Shown piece by piece: positions 11,580-24,200 of a stretch of 64,000 bases of DNA (positions are counted from its first letter, which is position 1; each line of letters opens with the position of its first letter). A program made the translations under genes and the position numbers. Under the pieces are notes generated by a model, which saw only the letters and a program-made list of their open reading frames with translations, did no database searches and was not told the DNA's origin. This stretch comes from Haliotis rubra (taxonomy: Eukaryota). The stretch is taken from contig NW_025765114.1 in assembly GCF_003918875.1 (NCBI RefSeq), positions 3,286,001-3,350,000 on the forward strand, given 5' to 3'.

Positions 11580-12669
11580 CGTACACTTTGATGGTTCTTA
11601 AATAATTCTGTGTGCATCAAAGGAACAATTCACATCCTGTAGATCATGATAGATGCGATAGATATGCTTTGGTAATTGATCTGTGGATGGTAGGCCCCTA
11701 TGGCCTGTGTTTATCTTGAGAGGTCACTGAATTGATTGGGAGGTCAGGCAAAATGACATGGCTGTTCTCTTCTCAATGTATCTGAATTGCAAAGATAGAT
11801 TCTCATGTTGTTAATCACTTGATTGTCTGATTCAGATCTGATTATTTACAGCCACCCCATAACTAGAATATTGCAGAGTGCGACATTAAACAAATTGAAA
11901 TGTTTGTGCAACCTCTACAGGTATACCAGTTACCACAGCCCATACCTTTAGATATGATTAATAGCACTGAATTTGAATTGCAGAACTTGTATTGGAAATT
12001 TCACAGCTTTCGTGTGACTTACCCCTGAATTATAATTGTAGAAATACTTTGTTGTGTGAAATAGTTGAAAGTTGCTGGCATTTTGTCCTACTCAGGACAA
12101 ATATGACTCCAGTTCCCTTGCTACCCATCTTCGACCTAATATAACCTTTTGAACAAGAAATGACCTGCCGTCTTTTGTGTAAGCCATGATTAGTGTTACA
12201 GGTTCCTCTGGGGAGGTGTCCCCCGCTGTGATGTTGCTGGATTATTGCTAAAAGCGGCATAAAACCATACTCACTCACACCTGTGGTTTGATCAGTTGAA
12301 TGTTGAATCATTTTATATGCATATGATGCGTTTCTTCACGACCAACAGGATCAAAGATTACTCATTGTCCCATACACATATTCAGTCTTATCATCATAAA
12401 ATACACGTCTTAATCATTTGTATGAAACTGAAATCTACTACATGGCTTGTCAGAGCTCATTACTGACCAGCTTAAAATTTAAGTTCTGTGATTATTTAAT
12501 TTAGGGTTCATTGAACAGTATTATTATACCCCTGACCTTGACCTGTAAAGGTAGAGCTAGGTAGGAGGCCAGGTTATTGCAGAATTCTATACAGATTATA
12601 ATAATATATTTTGAAAATAAACAGACATGATAGAATGAAAGCCTGAATTGTGCATTGTATCATCAGGGT

Positions 12670-12908
12670 TGAGTGAGTATAGTTTTACGCCACACTCCGC
12701 AATATTCCAGCTATATGATGTCAGTCTGTAAATTATCAGGTCTGGACCAGATAATCCAGTGATCCACAGCATCAACATCAATCTACACATTTGGGATACG
12801 ATGACATGTGTCAACCAAGTCAGTGAGTCTGACCACCCGATCCCTTTAGTCACCTCTTACGACAAGTATGGGTTACTGAAGATCAATTCTAAGCGGGATC
12901 TTCACGTG
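12670..12908 (-). mobile_element. SINE-like family C
   Basis: Full-length reverse-complement copy. Confidence 0.87.
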
Positions 12909-14352
12909 TTTGTATCACGGGGTGTACATGTGCATCAATATCTGCACATCCCTACCTTGTCCACTCTATACAACATCTGTGTCTAAAAACATCATTGTGT
13001 TAAGTCATCCAACATATTCTGTCTCATTATGTTTAAGGGCTTAAACTTGTTAACATAACAGTAATGGGAACTTATGGTGAGGGGAACTTTAGAGAGTTAT
13101 GTTCCTTAGTAGTATCAGGATCTGCTGATCATTTAGTGGTCTTGTGTTATGGTGTTGGATTTACGCAAGTTTTCTTCTGTACTCATGCAACTGAGTTGAA
13201 ATTATTTGAGCTTTGCTGCCATGATTAACTGACATACTTTGATGCAACTGAAATACTGTTCAATGTGGCTTTAATCGCTGTTGAAGTACTTAAACCCATC
13301 TTACTGGTAATATTGTGATGACTAATTTAACAGTGCTTGTCTTATATCCTCCTAATTTCAATCATGTTGAGTGATAAGCTCGCCTGTGACATGTGTCTAT
13401 CAAATATGGAGGGATGGTAGGCTAAATTGATGTTCTGTGGTACCTTTTGTTAAATCTGTTAAATTTATTGGTCTCTTTGTGTTATTTGATTTAATAAGTA
13501 ATTTCAATCTAGCAGCAGCCATTTTTCACAAAACTTTATCTGTTTTGTCCACACCCAAATATATAAGACAGGTGACGATCATGTCCTACTTTTGAGTGGA
13601 CAGATGTTCATGTAATGATGGCACAATTAGTCTGAGAACATGTATGCCGGAGAAATAAGATAATGGCACTATATACCAGCCTAGGGAACTAGGACCAGGT
13701 GTATGGCCATGGTTGTCACATTCTTCCAGTCAGGGTATCTCATCAGCTGATCGTGATGCCCTACATAGAGACTAAGATAAGACTTGTCATGACTGCTGAC
13801 CCTAGCTTCATGAATGGTGACCTCCGCTCAACTGGTTAAAACAGGCTTTCTGCAGAATCTGTGTAACACATGCATGAATACGAGAAATAACCAGTCTTTG
13901 GTATGTACAGGTGTTTTCAGCTTATTAACGCACCAATGTCCACATAAACTTTTGTAGTTAATGTTTATATTCAGATGGATCATCTTGAAATGAAGGACAA
14001 TCTGTTACTGAAAATAAGTATATAATATGAATGTATCAGTTTTTACTATATCATTTTATGGTCCAGGTAATTAGTAGGTAATCAAACTGATTCATGGTCT
14101 GTTAGCACCAGTTATATGAAGAGCTGACTAGTTGATAAGGCTGCCCATACTATAGTATTATGTTATCATGTAACTATTGGTTGACCTATTATTTCAATGT
14201 AGTATAGTTTACTTTTATACTATGTGCAAAATGTGATCCTGATTATATCAGATGTAGGGGAAGTCACTAGAGTAGATGACGGAAGTGTTCAGGTCAAATA
14301 AAGCCGTAGGGAACATAGAGATGAACACACACACACTTCTAGGGCTGCTACC

Positions 14353-14816
14353 CAGAGCTACAGATAACTTTTTGGGTCATTGAGTTATGTACCCGCTTGT
14401 CTTCATCTCAGTTGGGTATCCTGATTTTCATTTGAGTAACCAAACAAATTGTACTCACCTCACTCAAAATCTATTGGGTATTTTGCCATTTTCCATTAAT
14501 TGTAAAAATATAATAAAGTTTAAATGTTAGTGTTTGTTATTTATATTTGATCTGTAATATGAGAAACGATATGAAAGACTGCTAGTTGAGTGTTCATGTG
14601 CCGAAATAGAATCTCTCAATATACCTCAGTTGCTTTATCTATCCACCGGTACGCAAGCTGAGATTTGACATTTTTGTGTGTACGCATGTACAATCAAATT
14701 TATTGAGTATTTACAAAAATACAAGCGTACTTGTACGCAACAGACGTAATAGGAATTGAGTTTTCACATAAATATTTGCGTAATTTACGCAGATACGCAG
14801 CTTATCTGTACTTCTG
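14353..14816. mobile_element. hAT-type MITE
   Basis: TIRs CAGAGCTACAGATAA / CAGAAGTACAGATAA; 8-bp TSD CTGCTACC. Confidence 0.8.
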
Positions 14817-15219
14817 CTGCTACCGAAGCAGTAATTTAGTTATTGTTATATGTTGTCATAGATACTAGTATTAGTATCGTAAACATGTACATGTATCTTT
14901 GTTAATAGAATGATAATAGTCATTTTGATCTTGTGAAATCTATTTTTCAGCCTGAGTGTTTTTCATGAAGGGGGATGATAATAATGGTGTGTATGTTGTG
15001 TATGACTCAGATAGCAGGCCTACATGTATCATGTTGTTATGCATGTATGACCATGACGAATCATTAATGACTGAGTGTGAGAGTGTGGTCAGTATCGGGT
15101 TTCTCTCATATCAGCAAGTCTTTGCTTGTTTGTTAAATGTCATGTGACTATGGGATTGTTTCTAAGTATATATGTTTGGATTGAATATGTGATGAGTGAC
15201 ATAATGTTTTCATTCCAGA

Positions 15220-18200
15220 ATGACAATGACACCTATATCGAACAGTGAAATGCTTAATCAGTTCCTGGAGGACCAAGTACAGAATGGAAGCATCAACCAA
15301 AGTGACAACACCCCCATCCCCACAAACCTACCATCACCCATACAACAAGGTAATTGTGTATATTGTATCCCATGCATGTCCCAATATCAGGGAGGTACAA
15401 TACAGATAACCGCAAGCTATAACCCTGGTACAAGGGAGATAGGATATCTTAGTACCCTGTATAGACCCCAATACTGGGAAGGTAGGGTACATAGTACACC
15501 ATCACATGACCCCAATACTGGGAAGGTAGGGTACATAGTACCCCCATCACATGACCCCAATACTTGGACGGAGTCAGTATAATGTGTCTGAGTGGGGTAT
15601 TCATGCTTCACTGCGGCATGGTATCACAGTGGGCTAGCACTATAAAACCAGCTTCAGTCGGGGCTAGTACAAGCAGCCCCACATACACATACACACGCAT
15701 GCATGTCGTCATATGAGCGAAATATTCTCAAGCACGACGTTAAACCCAATTCCACCACCACCACCACCACCCCAATGCTTGGAAGGTATGATACATAGTA
15801 CCCCATCACATGACCCCAATACTGGGAAGGTATGATACATAGTACCCCATCACATGACCCCAATACTGGGAAGGTATGATACATAGTACCCCATCACATG
15901 ACCCCAATCCTGGGAAGGTATGATACATAGTACCCCATCACATGACCCCAATACTGGGAAGGTATGATACATAGTACCCCATCACATGACCCCAATACTG
16001 GGAAGGTATGATACATAGTACCCCATCACATGACCCCAATCCTGGGAAGGTATGATACATAGTACCCCATCACATGACCCCAATACTGGGAAGGTATGAT
16101 ACATAGTACCCCATCACATGACCCCAATACTGGGAAGGTATGATACATAGTACCCCATCACATGACCCTAATACTGGGTAGGTATGATACATAGTACCCC
16201 ATCACATGACCCCAATACTGGGAAGGTATGATACATAGTACCCCATCACATGACCCCAATACTGGGAAGGTATGATACATAGTACCCCATCACATGACCC
16301 CAATACTGGGAAGGTATGATACATAGTACCCCATCACATGACCCCAATACTGGGAAGGTAGGTTACATAGTACCCCATCACATGACCCCAATACTGGGAA
16401 GGTAGGTTACATAATACCCCATCACATGACCCCAATACTGGGGAGGTAGGGTACATAGTACACCGTCACATGACCCCAATATTGGGAAGGTAGGGTGCAA
16501 AGTACCACCATCACATGACCCCAATACTAATAAGGTAGGCTGTATACTACCCCATCACATGACCCCAGTACTGGGAAGGTAGGCTGTATACTACCCCATC
16601 ACATGACCCCAATACTAATAAGGTAGGCTGTATACTACCCCATCACATCACCCCAATACTAATAAGGTAGGCTGTATATTACCCCATCACATCACCCCAA
16701 TACTGGGAAGGTAGGCTGTATACTACCCCATCACATGACCCCAATACTGGGAAGGTAGGCTGTATACTATCCCATCACATGACCCCAATACTGGGAAGGT
16801 AGGCTGTATACTAGTAACTACCCCATCACATGACCCCAATACTAATAAGGTAGGCTGTATACTAGTAACTACCCCATCACATGACCCCAATACTAATAAG
16901 GTAGGCTGTATACTACCCCATCACATGACCCCAATACTAATAAGGTAGGCTGTATACTACCCCATCACATGACCCCAATACTAATAAGGTAGGCTATATA
17001 CTACCCCATCACATCACCCCAATACTAATAAGGTAGGCTGTATACTACCCCATCACATGACCCCAATACTGGGAAGGTAGGTTGTATACTACCCCATCAC
17101 ATGACCCCAATACTATGATACTACCCACACATGACCCCAATACTAATAAGGTAGGCTGTATACTACCCCATCACATGACCCCAATACTAATAAGGTAGGC
17201 TGTATACTACCCAATCACATGACCCCAATACTAATAAGGTAGGCTGTATACTACCCTATCACATGACCCCAATACTGGGAAGATAGGCTGTACACTACCC
17301 CATGACATAATCCTCAGTTATGGCAATTTTCCGCTGATCCACGGATTGCCGTCGATTTTATTTCAAATGGATCAATTCTGTGAATTGTCTTAATCCCTTA
17401 ATCCCCCTTTCGATGAAACAATGTTAAGTTTGCAGCTGAAAATAGATTTTCCTGTTGCCATCCCTGAATCCAAGTGTATCCCTTCATAACCAATGATGAC
17501 TGTTTATTGTGATGTGGTGTGCACTAGTGTTGGGAATTGGTTAAAATCTCACAATTCGAGGGTTTGGAGCAGCAAGGTACCAAGTGCACATTTCATCATT
17601 CCGAGAAAATCGCATTTGAAGTTTTTAATGCTCATATCTGTTGCACTGCATATCTTAGCTTAACCAATACATACATGTTCAATAGAGGTGGTGTGCATGT
17701 ATCAAATGCTTTGATGTCATTCCTAATGAAGCTTTAATTTCTTAATTACATCAATTATTGTAGATGGTACCTTTTGAATGAAGAGAATTTGTTCAAACAT
17801 TCGGACAGCAAGGTACCAAGTGGCACTTGGTACCTTGCTGCTAACTTTCACCAATGTTCACGTAAAGTTACAGAGCTGCAAAGGACCACGTGGCACATGG
17901 TACCTTGCTGCCCCAAACATATATACAGTCATTACAGGGTTGCAATGTACCAAGTGGCACTTGGTTCTTTGCTGCACGAACCATTTTACAGTAAATATAG
18001 GGTTGCAATGTACCAAGTGGCACATGGTTCTTTGCTGCACGAACATTTCACAGTAAAGATAGTGTTGCAATGTGCCAAGTGGCACTTGGTACTTTGTTGT
18101 CCGTAGCATTTGTACCACAAAGTTTGATTTAAGGAGTACCTAATGACGCAAGATTCATTGTTACTTAAGCATTTGACTCTATATCTATTTAATATGGACA

Positions 18201-21200
18201 TTTGACACTTAGCAAACTGCTGCTGGTGATGTTAATGAAATATGTTTGTCTAGAAAATAATGTTGTATTGTCAACTGTAACTTGTTAACCTTATATCTGT
18301 TTGGTGGAAATGTGTGATTTGTTGTTTTATCTATTACATATCTCAGTTGTTATACATCAATTCATTGAGATGTAAAATATTGGGCACAATATGACAAAAC
18401 AGACCTTCAAGCTTTATAAAGATAAAACTATTTACCATATTAACACCATAAAAAAAATAAGAGATGATAGTTTTTATTCAGAACTAAACTATTTTTGCAG
18501 AGATTAAAATGACATGCTTTCCATTCAGTTTGACTTGATACATATTATTTGAATTTCTTATAATACAGGATATAAAAGTGATATTATTACAGAAATCATA
18601 AAGTGACTATGTTACATAAATTTGTTAGGGATTTAATACATTGTGTTCTGCAATCACTGAAATAATCAGTCTCTCGTGCTACATAATGGTCACTAATAGT
18701 CCTAATCGTCCCACTCCTCATCGCTGGCAGGTCCCGGAAGCCGATCAACAGATGTTGCTGATGTTGGTAGAGATTCATAGTAAGGGTGGAACTCTGTCGG
18801 GATAATTTCTTTTCCACACAGAGTTAATAAGTCCAGCTTCTTTGCAACAGAAACTGACAGCTTGGAATTGTAAGCAGGTGTTGGAGCTTTTTGCTGCGCT
18901 GCTGTTTGACATTTCCTCCTAGTCCCTGGGATAACCTTGATCTCCAGGAAGTCCTCCTCCTGAAAACCATAGTTGACAAAGATTGAGTTCACAGCTTCCC
19001 GTCAGACTTGAATCCACTTGATCTTCAGCCAGTTGATCCTCTCTCCTCCAAACGAGATCTTCATGTTTGGATAGGAACTTTTTACAAATTCCTTGAAATC
19101 AAGAACATCTCCGAATTTCAATGGAATGGTAATATATATCTCTTACCTCCTCTGGCCAGAGAAGTCACCGTGCTCCATTGCACAGGTGCAAATACCTGGG
19201 TTCTTTTCTTAGCCGTTTCAACAGCCGAATGGATCAAATCCCATTCCATTTGAGAATGACCTGATGTCAGAAATTTGTGATTTAATTTGTGTAAACTTTT
19301 TGAAGGCTATAGAGCAAGGAGCCTGCAACAAATTGGTTTCCATTTTGCCCGCCACACGAGTCCGAGATATATGTCACTTCCTTCACAGTTTTCTTCGATT
19401 GACATACGGAAGAGGTGTTTTTGAATAGGCATGTGGCAATTTCGTTGGCCCCTCTTTTTCCATTTGTTTCATCCCACAGGTGACATGTTCCTTGTTGGTC
19501 CCCAAGAGAGTAGAAGGAAAGGTTATAGACAATTTTTTGGATAATACAGCTCCCCAACAAGACTGCATGGAGTATTTAGAACAGCTTGCAAGTCAAACGT
19601 TGCCACATAATGAGCTTTTAATTTGGCATCGGCTTTGTCTCGTTCCTTTTCATTTCTGGCTTCTACCTTTTCCTTCTGATGTTCCTCATACTTACTGATA
19701 ATTTCGTTGTCAATGGTACCAACCAATTTCTTTGCCTCGTACAGACTGCATTTTGAACATTGATCCTTTTTCGGTTTTAAGAATCAAATATTATATTCTG
19801 TACAGAAGATTTCCCTATACTTGCTCTCTTTGACATAGTTTGAACCTGATTCTTGACATATTTGCTTGTAAAGCATATACATTTTCTTTATATTTAAGTC
19901 CTGCGAGAGGTATTTCTTCACAGTGTCCTTCCGTGCATAGTGTGATTCCATTTGTGGAAGGGAGATTATGTTGTTAATTGTTTCAAGGTCAATTTTGTTC
20001 CCAGATGCAGTGACACCTCTTCTGTCTTCGGCTGTAAACACACCATGTTATTTCATTTCCAATGCATGATCCACAACCTTCCTCCAAATATTGAGTGTTG
20101 CAAGAAAAAATTCCCAGCACACACAGATTTTCTTCCCCTCATAGACAAAATGATACTGTCGAGAAGTTGTTTTCTTCCCCTTTGATCTTACTGGTGACAC
20201 AGAATCCACCATCTGACACACAAAGTTTCTTTGCCTTTCATAGGATGGTAGTTGGTAATAATTCTCAAAGATTGCCTGCCTTGTTCGCAAATCTATGTTT
20301 TGGAGCATCCAAAAACGGCACCTATCACAATTGATATCTTGCCCGTGGTTTTCTTCTACAAGTTTCCCTCTACAGGATACATAGGTTTCCCCTCTGCAGT
20401 GCTTTGCCTTTCTAATATTTTTCTTCCATAGTTCTGGAGCTTTGAGCTTCTTCCTACTTGAAGGCCTTTTCTTGGGGCTTCTGTAGTCTGCCCTTTTGTG
20501 AGGAGCTACAACTGGGAATGGCACTAATGTAGATGCTGAGGCTGTACATGTGTCCCCTTGAGTTTCCATAGGTCTTCTCTGGTGTTGCAGGTGTTGCTTT
20601 CAAAGGAACTATGCCCTGATAATGTTCCTCATCGGGCACAGCAATATAGCCAAGATTGCGGCAGCTATCTTTACTCTGTGCTATGTCTAGTTCCACATAT
20701 TGACAGCTTAAAAAGTAAACTACCGTACAAACGAAATGCCACCAATGCTCTGCTAACTTTTAAACAACACAAACAAACACTACAGGACATTTAAGTTTTT
20801 TTGTATTGATCAACAATGACTGTTTGACACATGGGCAGGTTTACATAGGGAAAATGCTATTTTTATACGATAAAAGAGATAAATAACACAAATTTACCAT
20901 TAATGAAGTAAATAATGTCTCTTGTCATACAATTTTATGGATATTTACACACTAAGTAAAATGGCTCCATAATTAACAAGATTTAAATGTTTGTTTTCTG
21001 TTTAAAACATCAGTTCCCCGGTGAATAACACGTACTTTTACTTTGTCCATGTGTTCCTCAAATCGTTGTCCACGTATGAATAGGTCTACAACCATGCCAA
21101 GTTTAGGTTCCCTTCCCTAAGATGGGTGTATCAAGTAAACTAACTGTCAATTCTAGTATTTTATCATGAAATAGTACTTCACAGCAGTGCCATGTGTAGA

Positions 21201-24200
21201 AACCTCAACAGCAACATAGTACCCTTAGTGGCGCAAAGGCCCAAGTGCCACATGGCTAAAAATAACCAGGCTTGATGCGTAAAAGAGTGAGCGCAGCAAG
21301 GAGCCAAGTGGCACATGGGACCTTGCTGCCCCAAGCACATAGCACTTGGTACCTTGCTGCCCTAAACCCACGAATTGATGATTGGTTCATTACAACCGAC
21401 CAATCATAAAAAATAATTTGGTTTGCGTCATTTATCAAATGTTCCTGTTATCTTTGTTAATGCACGCACAAAAAATAAAGAAAAAACGTAGTAATTTGGG
21501 TCTTTTGCAAATTGCACAAAATCCATTGGCAAATTTTGCATATTTAAAGTATGATTAGTATGTTAGGAACACAGACTTCCTGGATTCTTTAAGATAAATT
21601 CAATCATGACTTGGAACGAGCTTGTAGTGCTTATGAAATGTAAATTTAATGACACAGACAAAACCAACCTTGTGTAAAATATTGTTGATGCAAACAAGTG
21701 TTCCAAAATTGGTTGTGTTCGATTATGAGAAAACAATCGATTGCTTGGTCGTTTAGGCACTGCGACCAATCTTCGATTATTTCAATTAATTGGACCACCA
21801 CTAGTGTGCACTGATGTTATGTTTGTTGTTTTTGTTGGTACAGCTGCCCCCCAGACTCTCCTCGAGCAGGACATCATCACAAACCTACTGCAGCAGTCTA
21901 ACGGCGACCAGCTGCCCCAGCAAATCAACACCCAAGTTCTCAACTCGCAGCCCACGAACTGTGCAGGTACAGTGATAATACTGGGCAGCAGTTGTGTACT
22001 TGTTGTATTCTTGTTTACACATAGTTTTGTCTTTAAAGAATTGTTTATCATGAGACACGTGAAGATCCAGGTTAGAATTGGTCTTCAGTAACCCATGTTT
22101 GTCAAAGAGGCGACTAATGGGATCGGGTACCTGTGGTCTGGCTTGCTGTCTTGGTTGACACATCGATGATCGATGCTCATTATGTTGACCACTGGATTGT
22201 CTCATCCAGACTTAATTATTTACAGACAGCCTCCATATAGCTGTACTATTTCTGAGTGTGGCTTTAAAGATCAAACCAGCCAACCAAAGTTTATCGTCCT
22301 TCTTTTTTTTCACATTTTTTTACTAGTTTCCTGTACAAATGAATTGTCGCAAATCTTTGTATTCACTCTGTACATCTGTTTCTGCTGAAGAAAGCTCAGA
22401 TTTGTTAATAATGCACATACATTCTTCCCCGTTTAAAATCTTGCTTTATCACTAAGAAGTTGTGTCTAAATCTTCTGGTATCGAAATAGGTCAGTTGTAT
22501 TTGACAGGTTCCAGTATGACTTGCATCCTGAAGATTCTGTTCAAAAGAATAAATTTATATTAAACTAAAAGAATTTGTTACCTTATTTAAAGGTTTACAA
22601 GGAGGAAATCAGCTGTTCAATAACCTGTTGAAGCCTCCTGATGCTAGTGCTTCTCCCAGTAACACACCCATACAGTCAGTCAGTGAGTACCACATTCAGT
22701 CCTTTACTTACTGAAGCCCCCTCAGGCTACTACCCTGTACAGTAACAACGGTGAGTCCATTACTTAATGAAGCCCCCTTCGGCTCCTGCCCCATACAGTA
22801 ACACCTGCACAGTGAGTCCATTACTTACTGAAACCCCCTTCGGCTCCTGCCCCATACAGTAACACCTGCACGGTGAGTCCATTATTTACTGAAGCCCCCT
22901 TCGGCTCCTGCCCCATACAGTAACACCTGCACGGTGAGTCCATTACTTACTGAAACCCCCTTCGGCTCCTGCCCCATACAGTAACACCTGCACGGTGAGT
23001 CCATTAGTTACTGAAACCCCCTTCGGCTCCTGCCCCATACAGTAACACCTGCACGGTGAGTCCATTACTTACTGAAGCCCCCTTCGGCTCCTGCCCCATA
23101 CAGTAACACCTGCACGGTGAGTCCATTACTTACTGAAACCCCCTTCGGCTCCTGCCCCGTACAGTAACACCCCCATACAGTCAGTCCGTGAGTACCACAT
23201 TCAGTCCTTTACTTACTGAAGCCCCTTCGGCTCCTGCCCCGTACAGTAACACCCCCATACTGTCAGTCCGTGAGTACCACATTCAGTCTGTTACTTACTG
23301 AAGCCCTCTTCGGCTCCTGCCCCACACAGTAACACCCCCATACAGTCAGTCCGTGAGTACCACATTCAGTCCTTTACTTACTTAAGCCCTCTTCGGCTCC
23401 TGCCCCACACAGTAACACCCCCATACAGTCAGTCAGTGAGTACCACATTCAGTCCTTTACTTACTTAAGCCCTCTTCAGATCCTGCCCCACACAGTAACA
23501 CCTGCACGGTGAGTCCATTACTTACTGAAGCCCCATTCGGCTCCTGCCCCATACAGTAACACATGCACGGTGAGTCCATTACTTACTGAAACCCCCTTCG
23601 GCTCCTGCCCCATACAGTAACACATGCACGGTGAGTCCATTACTTACTGAAACCCCCTTCGGCTCCTGCCCCATACAGTAACACATGCACGGTGAGTCCA
23701 TTACTTACTGAAACCCTCTTCGGCTCCTGCCCCACACAGTAACACCCCCATACAGTCAGTCCGTGAGTACCACATTCAGTCCTTTACTTACTGAAGCCCT
23801 CTTCGGCTCCTGCCCCACACAGTAACACACCCATACAGTCAGTCAGTCAGTGAGTACCACATTCAGTCCTTTACTTACTGAAGCCCCCTTCGGCTCCTGC
23901 CCTGTACAGTAACACCTGCACGGTGAGTCCATTTCTTACTGAAGCCCCCTTCGTTCCCTGCCCCATATAGTAACACCTGCACGGTGAGTCCATTACTTAC
24001 TGAAGCCCCCTTCGGCTACTGCTCCATATAGTAACCCCCGCGGGGTGAGTCCATTTCTTACTGAAGCCCCCTTCGGCTACTGCCCCCTACAGTAACACCT
24101 GTATGGTGAGTCCATTACCTACTGGAGTTAAATTTCTGATTTAATTCTAATTTTGAGAATATGTAACATGTTAATACTAAGCAGCATTTTGTGTCATTGT

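Larger units (their letters stand above)
17525..21803. mobile_element. hAT-type non-autonomous element hosting the nested Sola
   Basis: Termini TAGTGTTGG / CCACCACTA; perfect 8-bp TSD GTGTGCAC (17517-17524/21804-21811). Confidence 0.72.
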
